A DNA stretch of 64,000 nt from Kiritimatiellia bacterium (lineage in GTDB: Bacteria; Verrucomicrobiota; Kiritimatiellia; RFP12; UBA1067): positions 2,323 through 66,322 of the forward strand of contig JAQVSS010000002.1 in assembly GCA_028700415.1 (NCBI GenBank), read 5' to 3'. The notes below the pieces were generated by a model that was given only the letters and a program-made list of their open reading frames with translations, made no database searches and had not been told where the DNA came from. The position numbers and the translations under genes are program-made. Below are positions 35,337-44,841 of this stretch, in pieces (within the stretch, counting starts at the first letter, position 1; the number at the start of each line of letters is the position of its first letter).

Positions 35337-36592
35337 AAATCGCAACCTCCTGCACAAAAGTTACCTGGATGCTGACGGCCTGTTTTGCGCTGCTGGCCGG
35401 TTCCCTGCTCGGCGCGCAAACCTCGGGCGGCGAAGTCGCCGGTTTCGCTGAGGGCACACGCCAGATTCTGGGGTCAACCGGAATCGCGGATTATTTCGCG
35501 GCGGGCGGGATGAAGCAGCTGCTGATGGTCGGCATCGGCTTCGTCATGCTTTATCTCGGCGTGGCGAAAGGCGTGGAGCCGCTTCTGATGATACCCATCG
35601 GCTTCGGCGCGATTTTCGCAAACTCGCCGGGCGCGGAAATGGTGTCGGATCACGGTTTCCTCTATCTCATTTTCAAGGCCGGCCTGGAAACGGAAGTCCT
35701 TCCTATCCTTGTTTTCATGGGCATTGGCGCCATGTGCGACTTTGCACCCCTCATTGCAAACCCGCGTCTTGCGCTGCTGGGCGCGGCCGCGCAGCTCGGT
35801 GTTTTCGGGACCTTGATCGGTGTGGTGCTTGCCAGCGACTTGCTCGGGTTTGACTTCAACATCAGGCAGGCGTGCGCGGTCGCCATCATCGGCGCGGCCG
35901 ACGGCCCGACGTCGATCTACCTTTCGACGCGCTATGCGCCCGAGCTGATGGGGTCGATCGCGGTGGCCGCGTATTCCTATATGGCCATGGTGCCCCTGAT
36001 TCAGCCGCCCGTCATGAAGGCGCTGACCACTAAGGCCGAACGCCTCATCCACATGCCCATCAACCGCGAGGTGAGCCAGAAGGAAAAAATGTTCTTTCCT
36101 CTCATCGTATTGGCGTTGTGCGTGTTGCTGTTGCCGATGGCGTTGCCGCTGATGGGCACGTTCTGTTTTGGCAATTTCATCCGCGAGTGCGGCGTGGCAG
36201 AACGGCTCTCAAAGGCGCTCCAGAATGAGATGATGAACACGGCCACGATTCTGCTGGGACTCGGTGTGGGCATGAAAATGGAGGCTTCGGTGTTCCTGAC
36301 TCCCGTGACTCTGGCCATTCTGGGGTTGGGCCTGTTGGCTTTTGTGGTCGGAACCGCAGGTGGAGTGATCTTCGCTAAAATCATGAACCGCCTGTCGCCC
36401 AACCACCCGGTCAACCCGCTGATCGGATCGGCTGGCGTGTCGGCGTTCCCGATGGCGGCTCGGGTCTCGCACAAACTCGGGCAAGAGGCGGATCGCACCA
36501 ACTTCCTCATTTTCCAAGCCATGGGAGCGAACTTGGCAGGCCAGATCGGATCGATCGTCGCGGCAGGTGTCATTCTCGCGTTGTTGGGCTGA
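35333..36592 (+). CDS. Na+-translocating decarboxylase beta subunit (OadB/GcdB/MmdB family)
   Basis: Start at ATG 35333 (MKIATS...). Family strings: GVEPLLMIPIGFGAIFAN, LPILVFMGIGAMCDF, AAAQLGVF, AIIGAADGPTSIYLS, AVAAYSYMAMVPLIQPP, GSAGVSAFPMAARV. Confidence 0.88.
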   Translation: MKIATSCTKVTWMLTACFALLAGSLLGAQTSGGEVAGFAEGTRQILGSTGIADYFAAGGMKQLLMVGIGFVMLYLGVAKGVEPLLMIPIGFGAIFANSPGAEMVSDHGFLYLIFKAGLETEVLPILVFMGIGAMCDFAPLIANPRLALLGAAAQLGVFGTLIGVVLASDLLGFDFNIRQACAVAIIGAADGPTSIYLSTRYAPELMGSIAVAAYSYMAMVPLIQPPVMKALTTKAERLIHMPINREVSQKEKMFFPLIVLALCVLLLPMALPLMGTFCFGNFIRECGVAERLSKALQNEMMNTATILLGLGVGMKMEASVFLTPVTLAILGLGLLAFVVGTAGGVIFAKIMNRLSPNHPVNPLIGSAGVSAFPMAARVSHKLGQEADRTNFLIFQAMGANLAGQIGSIVAAGVILALLG

Positions 36593-36625
36593 TAGCGGAT
36601 TCTTAAAGAAAGAAAGGGAAACGCC

Positions 36626-37654
36626 ATGGGCAAGTCCGTATCATTTTTTGTGGCGGGGGCGACGACGGGGTTGCTGGTCGCCTGCGTGTTGGGGGCTCTC
36701 ATCATTCGCCCGAAAGGGGTGAACCAGGCCTCTTCCGGTTCGGGGGGCCGTGCGATCGTTTTGAAATTGGCACATGGCCTCGACGAGGCTCACCCTGTGC
36801 ACAAGGCCATGGAGTTCATGAAGAAGCGTCTGGAGGAATTGACAGACGGTAAAGCCTCGCTGGATATCTATTCCGGCGGCGTGCTGGGCGCCGAAGTCGA
36901 CTGCCTCGAGCAGGTGCAGAAGGGTGAACTGGCGATGACGAAGGTCTCCACGGCCGCGATCGAAGCCTTTATCCCCGAGATGAAGGTTTTCAGCGTGCCA
37001 TACGCGTTCCGCGACGAAACCCATTTCTGGAACACCCTGCACAGCCCGATCGGCAAACGCATTTTGGATTTAGGCGTGCAGCGCCAGTTTCGCGGACTCT
37101 GCTATTATGATTCGGGTGACCGGAACTTCTATACGACGCGAAAACCGGTTCGGTCGGTGGCCGATATCAAGGGTATGAAGATACGCGTGATGAACAGCAG
37201 GACCGCCATGGACATGATCAAAGCCATGGGCGGCAGCCCCTGTCCGATCAGCTGGGGCGAACTCTATACGGGGCTTGCGCAAGGCACGGTGGACGCGGCC
37301 GAGAACAATCCGCCGTCGTTCATGACCAGCCGCCATTACGAAGTCTGCAAATATTTCATTCTCTCCAGCCACCAGCGTATTCCGGACATGGTGATCATCA
37401 GCGCCAAGGTGTGGGACACCCTCCCGCTCGATGTCCGGAAGGCGCTCCAACAGGCCGCCGATGAGTCCGAGGCCTTCCAGCGCAAACTGTGGACAGAAAC
37501 GACCGCAGAATGCTTGGCCACCATGAAAACGAAAGGCATCGAAATCATCACCCCGGATCTGACGAGTTTCCGCAACGCCTGTGCGCCCATCACCGAGGAC
37601 AAGGAGTACCTTGTGGTCAAGAAGGTTCTCTCCGAGATCCGGGAGGTGAAGTGA
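36626..37654 (+). CDS. dctP: TRAP transporter substrate-binding protein (DctP family), lipoprotein-type signal
   Basis: Lipobox GLLVAC. DctP-family strings: LKLAHGLDEAHPVHKA, VFSVPYAFRD, GMKIRVMNSRT, GELYTGLAQGTVDAAENN. Confidence 0.85.
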   Translation: MGKSVSFFVAGATTGLLVACVLGALIIRPKGVNQASSGSGGRAIVLKLAHGLDEAHPVHKAMEFMKKRLEELTDGKASLDIYSGGVLGAEVDCLEQVQKGELAMTKVSTAAIEAFIPEMKVFSVPYAFRDETHFWNTLHSPIGKRILDLGVQRQFRGLCYYDSGDRNFYTTRKPVRSVADIKGMKIRVMNSRTAMDMIKAMGGSPCPISWGELYTGLAQGTVDAAENNPPSFMTSRHYEVCKYFILSSHQRIPDMVIISAKVWDTLPLDVRKALQQAADESEAFQRKLWTETTAECLATMKTKGIEIITPDLTSFRNACAPITEDKEYLVVKKVLSEIREVK

Positions 37655-37740
37655 TGTCCGGCCGGTTGCAGAAAATCAAGATGGGTTTCATCCGCCGACT
37701 TGCTGAGTGCCCAAACCAAATCGGAGGAATAGGGTCATGA
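37654..37740 (+). pseudogene. 28-codon remnant in the position where dctQ (TRAP small membrane subunit) is expected
   Basis: ATG 37654 overlaps the dctP stop (TGATG) and its TGA overlaps the dctM ATG (ATGA 37737-37740). It encodes MSGRLQKIKMGFIRRLAECPNQIGGIGS, which has no TM helix. Only 82 nt separate dctP and dctM, and no other frame in the gap encodes a four-TM protein of about 160 aa. Confidence 0.55.
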
Positions 37741-39044
37741 TCGGCATCATCATCGTTGTTTTGGTCACTTTTGTCGTGTTGCTGCTCATGAACGCGCCGG
37801 TCGCGGTGGCGATCGCCGTCGCATCCATGCTGGCGATTTTCGCGAACGGCGGCGACGCGGCTTACACCGTGGCGCAGCGTATGGCGAACGGCGTCGACAG
37901 TTTCCCGCTGCTGGCGATCCCGTTTTTCGTGTTCTCAGGCTATCTCATGGGACGCGGCGGACTGGCGCGGCGCCTGATCGATTTTGCAGCCCTCATTGTC
38001 GGGCGGTTTCCCGGCGGACTCAGTTACGTCAACACCTTGACCTGCATGATGTTCGGTTCGATTTCCGGGTCGGCGGCGGCGGCGGTCTCCTCGATCGGCG
38101 GCTTCATGATCCCCGAGATGAACCGGAAAGGATACAACCGCGAATTTAATGTCGCCTTGACCGCGACGGCGGCGACAACCGGTCTGCTGATCCCGCCATC
38201 AAACGCGATGATCGTTTACTCTGTGGCGGCCGGTTCGGTGTCGATCGCGGCAATGTTCATGGCCGGTATCCTGCCCGGCATTGTGGTGGGGGGGTGCATC
38301 ATGGTCGCGTCGGGCATCCTCTCGGTGCGTCACGGCTACGGCAAAGCGGTGCCGGGAACCCCAGCCGAGGAACGCGTCCATCCGTTACTGGTCTGTTGGC
38401 GTGCCTTGCCGAGCCTGCTGATGATGCTTCTCATCATCGGCGGGATCCTGTTGGGGTGGTTCACTGCCACAGAGGCCGCGGCGGTTGCGGTCGCGTATTC
38501 ATTCCTGCTGTGCGTGGTGTTCTACCGCGAGATCCCTTGGAAAGATTTGCCCGGGATCTGCCTGCAGACCGGCATCACCACTGCGGTGGTCATGTTCCTG
38601 ATCGGCTCATCGAGCGCGATGTCGTGGATCATGACCGTGACCAATATCCCCCAGACGGTCTCCGCGGCGCTGATGGGCCTCTCAAAGAATCCCTACCTGA
38701 TCCTGCTGACGATCAACGCGATGCTGATGGTGGTCGGGATGTTCATGGATATGACGCCTGCGATCCTGATTTTCACGCCGATCCTGCTTCCGGTTGTGCG
38801 GCAACTGGGGCTTTCGGACATCCATTTCGGCATTATCCTGATCGCCAACCTTTGCATCGGCCTGTGCACGCCGCCCGTCGGCACCTGCCTCTTTATCGGC
38901 TGCGGAGTCGGCAAGACAACCATCGCGAAAGTTACGGTGAAGGCCGTGCCCTTCTTTTTGGCGATGATCATCGCGTTGATGTTGATTTCCTATATCCCAT
39001 GGATCTCACTCGCGATCCCGCAAATGTGCGGCCTGTTGAAGTAG
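37737..39044 (+). CDS. dctM: TRAP transporter large permease (DctM family)
   Basis: Start at ATG 37737 (GGAGGA 9 nt upstream). 435 aa, about 12 TM segments. FPLLAIPFFVFSGYLMGRGG, NTLTCMMFGSISGSAAA, LLIPPSNAMIVYS, LCTPPVGTCLF. Confidence 0.88.
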   Translation: MIGIIIVVLVTFVVLLLMNAPVAVAIAVASMLAIFANGGDAAYTVAQRMANGVDSFPLLAIPFFVFSGYLMGRGGLARRLIDFAALIVGRFPGGLSYVNTLTCMMFGSISGSAAAAVSSIGGFMIPEMNRKGYNREFNVALTATAATTGLLIPPSNAMIVYSVAAGSVSIAAMFMAGILPGIVVGGCIMVASGILSVRHGYGKAVPGTPAEERVHPLLVCWRALPSLLMMLLIIGGILLGWFTATEAAAVAVAYSFLLCVVFYREIPWKDLPGICLQTGITTAVVMFLIGSSSAMSWIMTVTNIPQTVSAALMGLSKNPYLILLTINAMLMVVGMFMDMTPAILIFTPILLPVVRQLGLSDIHFGIILIANLCIGLCTPPVGTCLFIGCGVGKTTIAKVTVKAVPFFLAMIIALMLISYIPWISLAIPQMCGLLK

Positions 39045-39069
39045 TGGGACAGTTGTAATAAGCGGAACC

Positions 39070-40986
39070 ATGGAAAGCGGTGAGAGGGTATGCGCACGGT
39101 TGCTGCAATGGGGATCCATCAGTGAATGGGGCGGATGCACGATGCGCCAGTCTGTCTTGCCACATGTCCGTTCCATGCGTGTCTTCCTCGCCGGGCTGGC
39201 CACCGGCGACGGTTGGCGAACCGCTTTGGCTTTGGTCTTTCCGGCCGCTGTGATACAGACGGTGTTTCTGCTTGAGACCGCGCATGCGCTGGTTTTCCGC
39301 TATCCCTTGGTCGATGCCGCTTCCTACCATTATCAGGCGGTGGCCATACTTGCCGGCAAGGGGACGCCCGGCGCCTTCTGGCAACCGCCGGGGTACCCGT
39401 ATTTTCTGGCCGCGCTGGAATGGTTGTGCGGCGGGGCATCACCGGGCGCGGCGCGTGCGCTCCAAGCCCTGTTGCTGGCTCCGCTCCTCAGTCTATGCGT
39501 GTGGCGGGTAGGCCGGCGGCTCTTGCCGGCGGGATGGGCGTTTACGGCGGGGCTCATCACCTGCATCACCGGCCCTTTGCTTTTCTACGCTTCCCAGTTC
39601 GTGCCGGCTGCACCCGCCGCAGTGCTTGTCACCGCTGCTTTTCTCCTGGCGATGCGCGCCGCAGAGCGGCCGACCGTGTGGCGTTGGCTGGCGGCGGGCA
39701 TGGTCACCGGCCTCGCCACGCTGATGGTGGCCACGGCGGCCGCGCTTGTGCCCGCGATGGTCTGGTTTGCATGGCGGTCATCCAAAGGGCGGCGCGTGTG
39801 TGTGCAGCATGTGGCCGCGCTTGTCGCGGGTGCGGCGCTTTGCGTGCTCCCCGTCTCTTTGCGTAACCTTGCGCGAACGGGACACTGGGTGTGGCTGTCA
39901 ACCAACGACGGCATCAATTTTTATGTTGGGAACAGCCGGGATTGGCGGGTCACCCTTTCCACTCAGCCCGGCCTGGACTGGGACAAGCTGGTGCGGTTGC
40001 CTTACACGCAAGGGAATGCGCAGGACGATGTCGACGCCGCACGCTGGTTCCGGCGGCAAACTGTACGCGAGATGCGAGGCGATTCGGCTGGTGCCATTGC
40101 ACGGCTGGTACTCAAGTCCGTTGTCTTTTGGCATGGGCGGGAAATCCCGCGCAATTTAGACCTCTACGGTTGGCGGAACGAATCCGTTTTGCTGAGAACC
40201 ACAGTCTGGCACGGTCGCACCTGTTTTCCGACCGGCCTTCTTATACCTTTGGCCGTGGTCGGTATGACTGCTTTTCGCCGCCGCCGGGAAGGCGTGTTCC
40301 TGGTTGTGTCGATGGTGGCATTCGGCCTTCTCGTCGCCCTGTTCTTTCCCTGTTCCCGTTACCGGGTTCCCCTGTTGCCCGGGCTGGTTGTTCTGGCCAC
40401 GGCTGGACTAAGCACTCTAACCTCTGCGGTTTGTGCGGGGCGGCTGCGCACCGCGGCCTTTTTAGTGCCCGTCGCCGCTGTTGTGGGGGTGGCCGCAAAC
40501 GTGCCGCTTCGTTGGCCAACGGACGTTGTCCGCTACGACGCCCATCTTCAAAACGCGGTCGGTGCCGCGGCCGATATGCGGCGCGATCTTATGACGGCCA
40601 AGACCTGTTACGAGGAGGCCGTGCGGCTCGACCCGCATTTCGCCGACGCCTCTTTCAACCTGGGCACAGTCTACGAGCGACTGTCTGATACGAAACGGGC
40701 AGAGACCTGTTACGCGGACGCACTCGCGTCCCGCTACGACCATGACAAGGCGCGTATAAATCTTGCCTTACTCCTTGCACGGCGGAATCAGTTGGCTGAA
40801 GCGCTTCATCACCTTGCCATAGCCGAGACGGTCAACCCACTCAATGCGGGAGCCTGGCACAACCACGCGGCCCTTTTATTGCAAGCCGGTCGCCGCCGCG
40901 AAGCCTTGGGGCCGCTGCGCCGTGCCGCGGAACTGGATCCAAAATATTGTGACCCCTACCGGTCGCTTTTGCGTGAGGTCAGATAG
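39070..40986 (+). CDS. GT-C (PMT_2/ArnT-like) membrane glycosyltransferase candidate with C-terminal TPR repeats
   Basis: Polytopic N-terminal part of about 470 aa (FWQPPGYPYFLAALEWL and many TM segments). C-terminal TPRs (CYEEAVRLDPHFADASFNLGTVYERL..., CYADALASRYDHDKARINLALLL..., AIAETVNPLNAGAWHNHAALLL...). The start is uncertain (39070, 39142 or later). Confidence 0.65.
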   Translation: MESGERVCARLLQWGSISEWGGCTMRQSVLPHVRSMRVFLAGLATGDGWRTALALVFPAAVIQTVFLLETAHALVFRYPLVDAASYHYQAVAILAGKGTPGAFWQPPGYPYFLAALEWLCGGASPGAARALQALLLAPLLSLCVWRVGRRLLPAGWAFTAGLITCITGPLLFYASQFVPAAPAAVLVTAAFLLAMRAAERPTVWRWLAAGMVTGLATLMVATAAALVPAMVWFAWRSSKGRRVCVQHVAALVAGAALCVLPVSLRNLARTGHWVWLSTNDGINFYVGNSRDWRVTLSTQPGLDWDKLVRLPYTQGNAQDDVDAARWFRRQTVREMRGDSAGAIARLVLKSVVFWHGREIPRNLDLYGWRNESVLLRTTVWHGRTCFPTGLLIPLAVVGMTAFRRRREGVFLVVSMVAFGLLVALFFPCSRYRVPLLPGLVVLATAGLSTLTSAVCAGRLRTAAFLVPVAAVVGVAANVPLRWPTDVVRYDAHLQNAVGAAADMRRDLMTAKTCYEEAVRLDPHFADASFNLGTVYERLSDTKRAETCYADALASRYDHDKARINLALLLARRNQLAEALHHLAIAETVNPLNAGAWHNHAALLLQAGRRREALGPLRRAAELDPKYCDPYRSLLREVR

Positions 40987-41001
40987 GTGGAGAAAAACGC
41001 C

Positions 41002-42393
41002 ATGAAAAGGACGAGGATTGCCTGTTTGTTGAAGACGGAGAAGCGCGGAATCAACGTGGTGGCCGCGGGTTGGGTACGGACTCGTCGTGATTCCAAGGGA
41101 GGTTTTTCATTCGTCGAAATCAACGACGGGTCGTGCTTTGCCAATCTTCAGGTGATTGCGCCTGTCACGTTAACCAATTACGAAGACGAGATCTTGAGGC
41201 TCCATCCCGGCGCATCCGTCGTGGTCGAAGGCCTGCTGCAGGCTTCCGAAGGCAGTGGTCAGTCCGTCGAGCTGAAGGCCCGCGCGATCGGCGTTTTGGG
41301 GTTCGCGCCGCCGGTCGAGTATCCGCTCGGCAAGCAGAAGATCAGTTTTGAGCGGCTGCGTGAACTGCCGCACCTGCGTGCTCGCACCAATAGTTTTGGG
41401 GCGGTGGCACGCGTGCGGAACGTGCTTGCCCATGAAACTCACCGTTTCTTTCACGACCGCGGCTTTCTGTATGTCCATACGCCGATCATCACGTCGAACG
41501 ACTGCGAAGGCGCCGGCGAGATGTTTCAGGTCACCGCGCTCGACCCGCACGCTCCGCCAAGGCGCGGGGACGGTGCGGTCGACTATGCCAAGGATTTCTT
41601 CGGTCGGCGCGCCTCGCTCACGGTGAGTGGACAGCTCGAAGGCGAAACCTACGCGTGCGCGATGGGCGACATCTACACCTTTGGCCCGACTTTCCGTGCC
41701 GAGAACTCCAACACGCGGCGGCATCTCTCCGAGTTCTGGATGATCGAGCCGGAGATGGCCTTCGCGGATCTCGACGACGATGCGGAGCTGGCCGAGGCCT
41801 TTCTGCGTCACTTGTTCGCCGCGGTTCTCACGCAGTGCGGAGCGGATCTGCGTTTTTTCGACCAACGCATCTTGCCCGGCGTGCTGGCGCGGCTGGAGCG
41901 TTTGGCGAATGCGCCTTTCGGACGTGTGACGTACACCGAGGCGGTCAAGCTGCTAGAGGGGTCGGGCAAGGCGTTCGAGTTCGCGCCATTCTGGGGCATG
42001 GACATGCAGTCCGAGCACGAGCGGTATCTTGCGGAAGAGGTTTTCAAAGGGCCGGTGGTTGTGACCGACTATCCCGAAGCAATCAAAGCTTTCTACATGC
42101 GGCGCAATGACGACGGCAAAACGGTGGCGGCGATGGACGTGCTCCTCCCGGAGGTGGGCGAGATTATCGGCGGCAGCCAGCGCGAAGAACGGCTGGATGT
42201 GCTGGAGGTGGCCATGAGCAAGGGCGGGCTGAATCCCGACAACTACAGTTTCTATTTGGACCTTCGCAGATACGGCAGTGTGCCGCACGCCGGATTCGGA
42301 TTGGGTTTCGAGCGCATGGTGCAGTTCTGTACAGGCATGCACAATATCCGCGATGTGATCCCTTACCCCCGTGCGCCGGGGTTGTGCTATTGA
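41002..42393 (+). CDS. asnS: Asparaginyl-tRNA synthetase
   Basis: Start at ATG 41002 (MKRTRIACLL). OB-fold N-domain (GWVRTRRDSKGGFSFVEINDGS). Class II motifs: FRAENSNTRRHLSEFWMIEPEMAF, GGSQREER, HAGFGLGFERM. Confidence 0.92.
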   Translation: MKRTRIACLLKTEKRGINVVAAGWVRTRRDSKGGFSFVEINDGSCFANLQVIAPVTLTNYEDEILRLHPGASVVVEGLLQASEGSGQSVELKARAIGVLGFAPPVEYPLGKQKISFERLRELPHLRARTNSFGAVARVRNVLAHETHRFFHDRGFLYVHTPIITSNDCEGAGEMFQVTALDPHAPPRRGDGAVDYAKDFFGRRASLTVSGQLEGETYACAMGDIYTFGPTFRAENSNTRRHLSEFWMIEPEMAFADLDDDAELAEAFLRHLFAAVLTQCGADLRFFDQRILPGVLARLERLANAPFGRVTYTEAVKLLEGSGKAFEFAPFWGMDMQSEHERYLAEEVFKGPVVVTDYPEAIKAFYMRRNDDGKTVAAMDVLLPEVGEIIGGSQREERLDVLEVAMSKGGLNPDNYSFYLDLRRYGSVPHAGFGLGFERMVQFCTGMHNIRDVIPYPRAPGLCY

Positions 42394-42558
42394 TGTGCAG
42401 AAAATGGATTTGCCCAGTGCGGAGACCTTTTGATACCGTGATAACGCAGAGTATGTCCATTGCGGTTGCATGTGTGTGTCATGGACCACGCTGGACATGC
42501 GCGAACCGTAAACATCCGGTGTACGGTGGGGGATAGGATCGGTTCCGGATATTAAAGG

Positions 42559-44751
42559 GTGGACATGATCGAACGTTACGGAAGCCGTTTGCGATTGCCG
42601 TTTCTGTTTTTAGGCACTGCGCTTGCGTCCGCAGGAATTGCCGAAGATGGGCTGACGCGGGGATGGCTGAACGCCGCGGAATGCGGCGCTTCGGGATCGA
42701 AATATGTGACGACCGCGTCGACCACGACAGGCTCGCGCCAAATCACGGTGGCGGACGCGGGTGACTTTCAGGTGGGGCAGGGCGTCATGGTGTCGAAAGC
42801 CAACATTCGTTATTTACCCACCCATCTCTGGGGCACGGGCGAGCGCTACCGGAACTCGAAACCGGTGACGAACTCGGTGGAGGTGCGGGGCTACGACGGC
42901 ACGCAGGGGAGCTGGGTGGTCTACGTGCTCGACATCGCGCCGTCCAACAAGCCCGCCTTCCGGTGGACCGGTGACCTCGGGCGCACTTGGCAGCCGGAAC
43001 AGCCGGTCACGCACGGCTGGCAGCCGCTGGAGGGCGGCGTCGAGGGGCGCCTCAACCCGCGCGACTGGGAAAGCGGCTACGTGATCGCCATCGGCGCGCG
43101 CGACCAGCTGATCAGCCGGATCGAGAAGATCGAGGGCAACGTCCTGACCCTGCGCGACCCGGCCAACCGCACGGTGAGTGACGCCGTGGTCCGGCACAAC
43201 GACACGTTCGCGCTCCAGGCGGCGGTCGACCGGGCGCTCAAGGAGAAGCGCAACCTCTTCGTGCCGATCGGGCACTACCGCCTGGCCCGCGGGCTCCGGG
43301 TCGGCAACCCCGCGGCGATCACGATCGAGGGCGCGAGCGCCGTGGACACCGTGCTCGACATCAGCGAGGGCGAAGGTTCCTGCATCCACCTTTCGGAAGG
43401 CGTTGAGGCCACGGTCCGCAATTTCCGCATGATTGGTTTCATGGCGTTCGACGAGCGCGACAAGGCCGGCGAGATGCGAACGCGCGGCTCCACCGCAATC
43501 TGGGGGTTTGCGCTGAAGCACTGCAACGCCGTCACGATTTCGAACACCGAGCGCGTGCTGGTCGAGAACTGCCACGCGAGCCGGATGTCGGGCGAATGCT
43601 TCGTGGCGGGAGGGCGCAGCCGCGGCGCGGTGAAGCCCGGGCGTTCCCACACCAAGAAAATCACTTACCTGCGCTGCTCGGTCACCGATTCGGCCCGCAA
43701 CGCCTTCAACGACGTGATGTGCGGCATCGAAAACACGGACGTCCTGAACTGCCGGATCGTCGATGTCGGCGGCAATTCATGGGAGGGCGCGTCGCGGTTC
43801 GTCACTTTCGCGGGCAACTACGTCCGCAACGCCGGCCCGATCGGCATCGGCAATCTCGGGCCGGGCAACCGGGACGACACGTATCCCGATCTCGGCGCCG
43901 GTCAAACCCTCGTCGCGGACAACGTCTTCGAGGGCAACATCTGTTACGGCAACTGCGCCATCCGCACTTCGCGCGGCTCGACGCAAGTGATTGTCCGCAA
44001 CAACCTGTTCGTCAATTTCGGGTCTTCGGGGGTCAGCATCGGCGGCAACGGCTATCCGAACGAATTTCCGGCGGCCAATACCACCGTCACAGGGAACATT
44101 TTCGACATGACGGCCGTGGGGCAGAAAAGCGTCCGGCGGACCGCCATCAGCGTTGGTGCCGACGACTCGGTCGTCAGCGACAACCAGATCTATGTCCGCG
44201 GGACGAACGATGCCGCGGTGACGGGCATTTGCCTGTATGAACCCTCCGTGAACGCGCTGGTTCACGACAACCTCGTGCGCAATTGCGGCGCGGGCATTGC
44301 GGTCATCGCGGGACAGTCGGTCGTTAAAGAAGTCGTGGACGCGAAGACCTTTGTGGTGGGGTACGGGACCGTTCCCCTCGGGTGGCAGCCTCACCTGTAC
44401 CGCGGCAGGACGCTGGTCTGGTTCAGGGGAGGGAAACCCGCCGGGACATCCTGCATCGAGTGTTTTGCGCCGCTGGCTATGCAGTTTAAACTGAAGCAGC
44501 CTGCCGCCATGAAATCCGGTGACCGTTTCGAAATCCTGTCCGATGCGGCGAACTGGGTCATTCACGACAACGTGATCTCGGACTGCCTCAAGCCCGTCAT
44601 CCTCGACGCGAACGGAAGCCCCACATCGCTTTTGAAAGGCAATATGATTTCGAGGGGTGGGGCTACGGGCGCGAAGCAGGCCATCCAGGTTGTCCGCGGG
44701 CAGTTTACTTCAAGCGGCAACCTGATTAACGGCTTCGATGAGAAACCCTGA
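42559..44751 (+). CDS. Exported right-handed beta-helix protein (pectate-lyase-superfamily-like), paralog A
   Basis: Signal peptide. Contains WLNAAECGASGS (the N-x-x-x-x-GA-x-G opener typical of Pectate_lyase_3/GH28-like proteins) and repeated beta-helix rungs (TISNTERVLVENCHA, VRNNLFVNFGSSGVSIG, VSDNQIYVRG, LVHDNLVRNCGAGI, WVIHDNVISDC). Collinear with 53674..56343, roughly 40% identical by eye. Confidence 0.65.
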   Translation: MDMIERYGSRLRLPFLFLGTALASAGIAEDGLTRGWLNAAECGASGSKYVTTASTTTGSRQITVADAGDFQVGQGVMVSKANIRYLPTHLWGTGERYRNSKPVTNSVEVRGYDGTQGSWVVYVLDIAPSNKPAFRWTGDLGRTWQPEQPVTHGWQPLEGGVEGRLNPRDWESGYVIAIGARDQLISRIEKIEGNVLTLRDPANRTVSDAVVRHNDTFALQAAVDRALKEKRNLFVPIGHYRLARGLRVGNPAAITIEGASAVDTVLDISEGEGSCIHLSEGVEATVRNFRMIGFMAFDERDKAGEMRTRGSTAIWGFALKHCNAVTISNTERVLVENCHASRMSGECFVAGGRSRGAVKPGRSHTKKITYLRCSVTDSARNAFNDVMCGIENTDVLNCRIVDVGGNSWEGASRFVTFAGNYVRNAGPIGIGNLGPGNRDDTYPDLGAGQTLVADNVFEGNICYGNCAIRTSRGSTQVIVRNNLFVNFGSSGVSIGGNGYPNEFPAANTTVTGNIFDMTAVGQKSVRRTAISVGADDSVVSDNQIYVRGTNDAAVTGICLYEPSVNALVHDNLVRNCGAGIAVIAGQSVVKEVVDAKTFVVGYGTVPLGWQPHLYRGRTLVWFRGGKPAGTSCIECFAPLAMQFKLKQPAAMKSGDRFEILSDAANWVIHDNVISDCLKPVILDANGSPTSLLKGNMISRGGATGAKQAIQVVRGQFTSSGNLINGFDEKP

Positions 44752-44841
44752 CAGGGGGCTCTTTCTCTGGTCAATCCGCGAAATTTTCAACGCAGGTGTT
44801 TTTGTCGGGGACAGATCGTGCGGGATCGGGAGATGTGTGTA

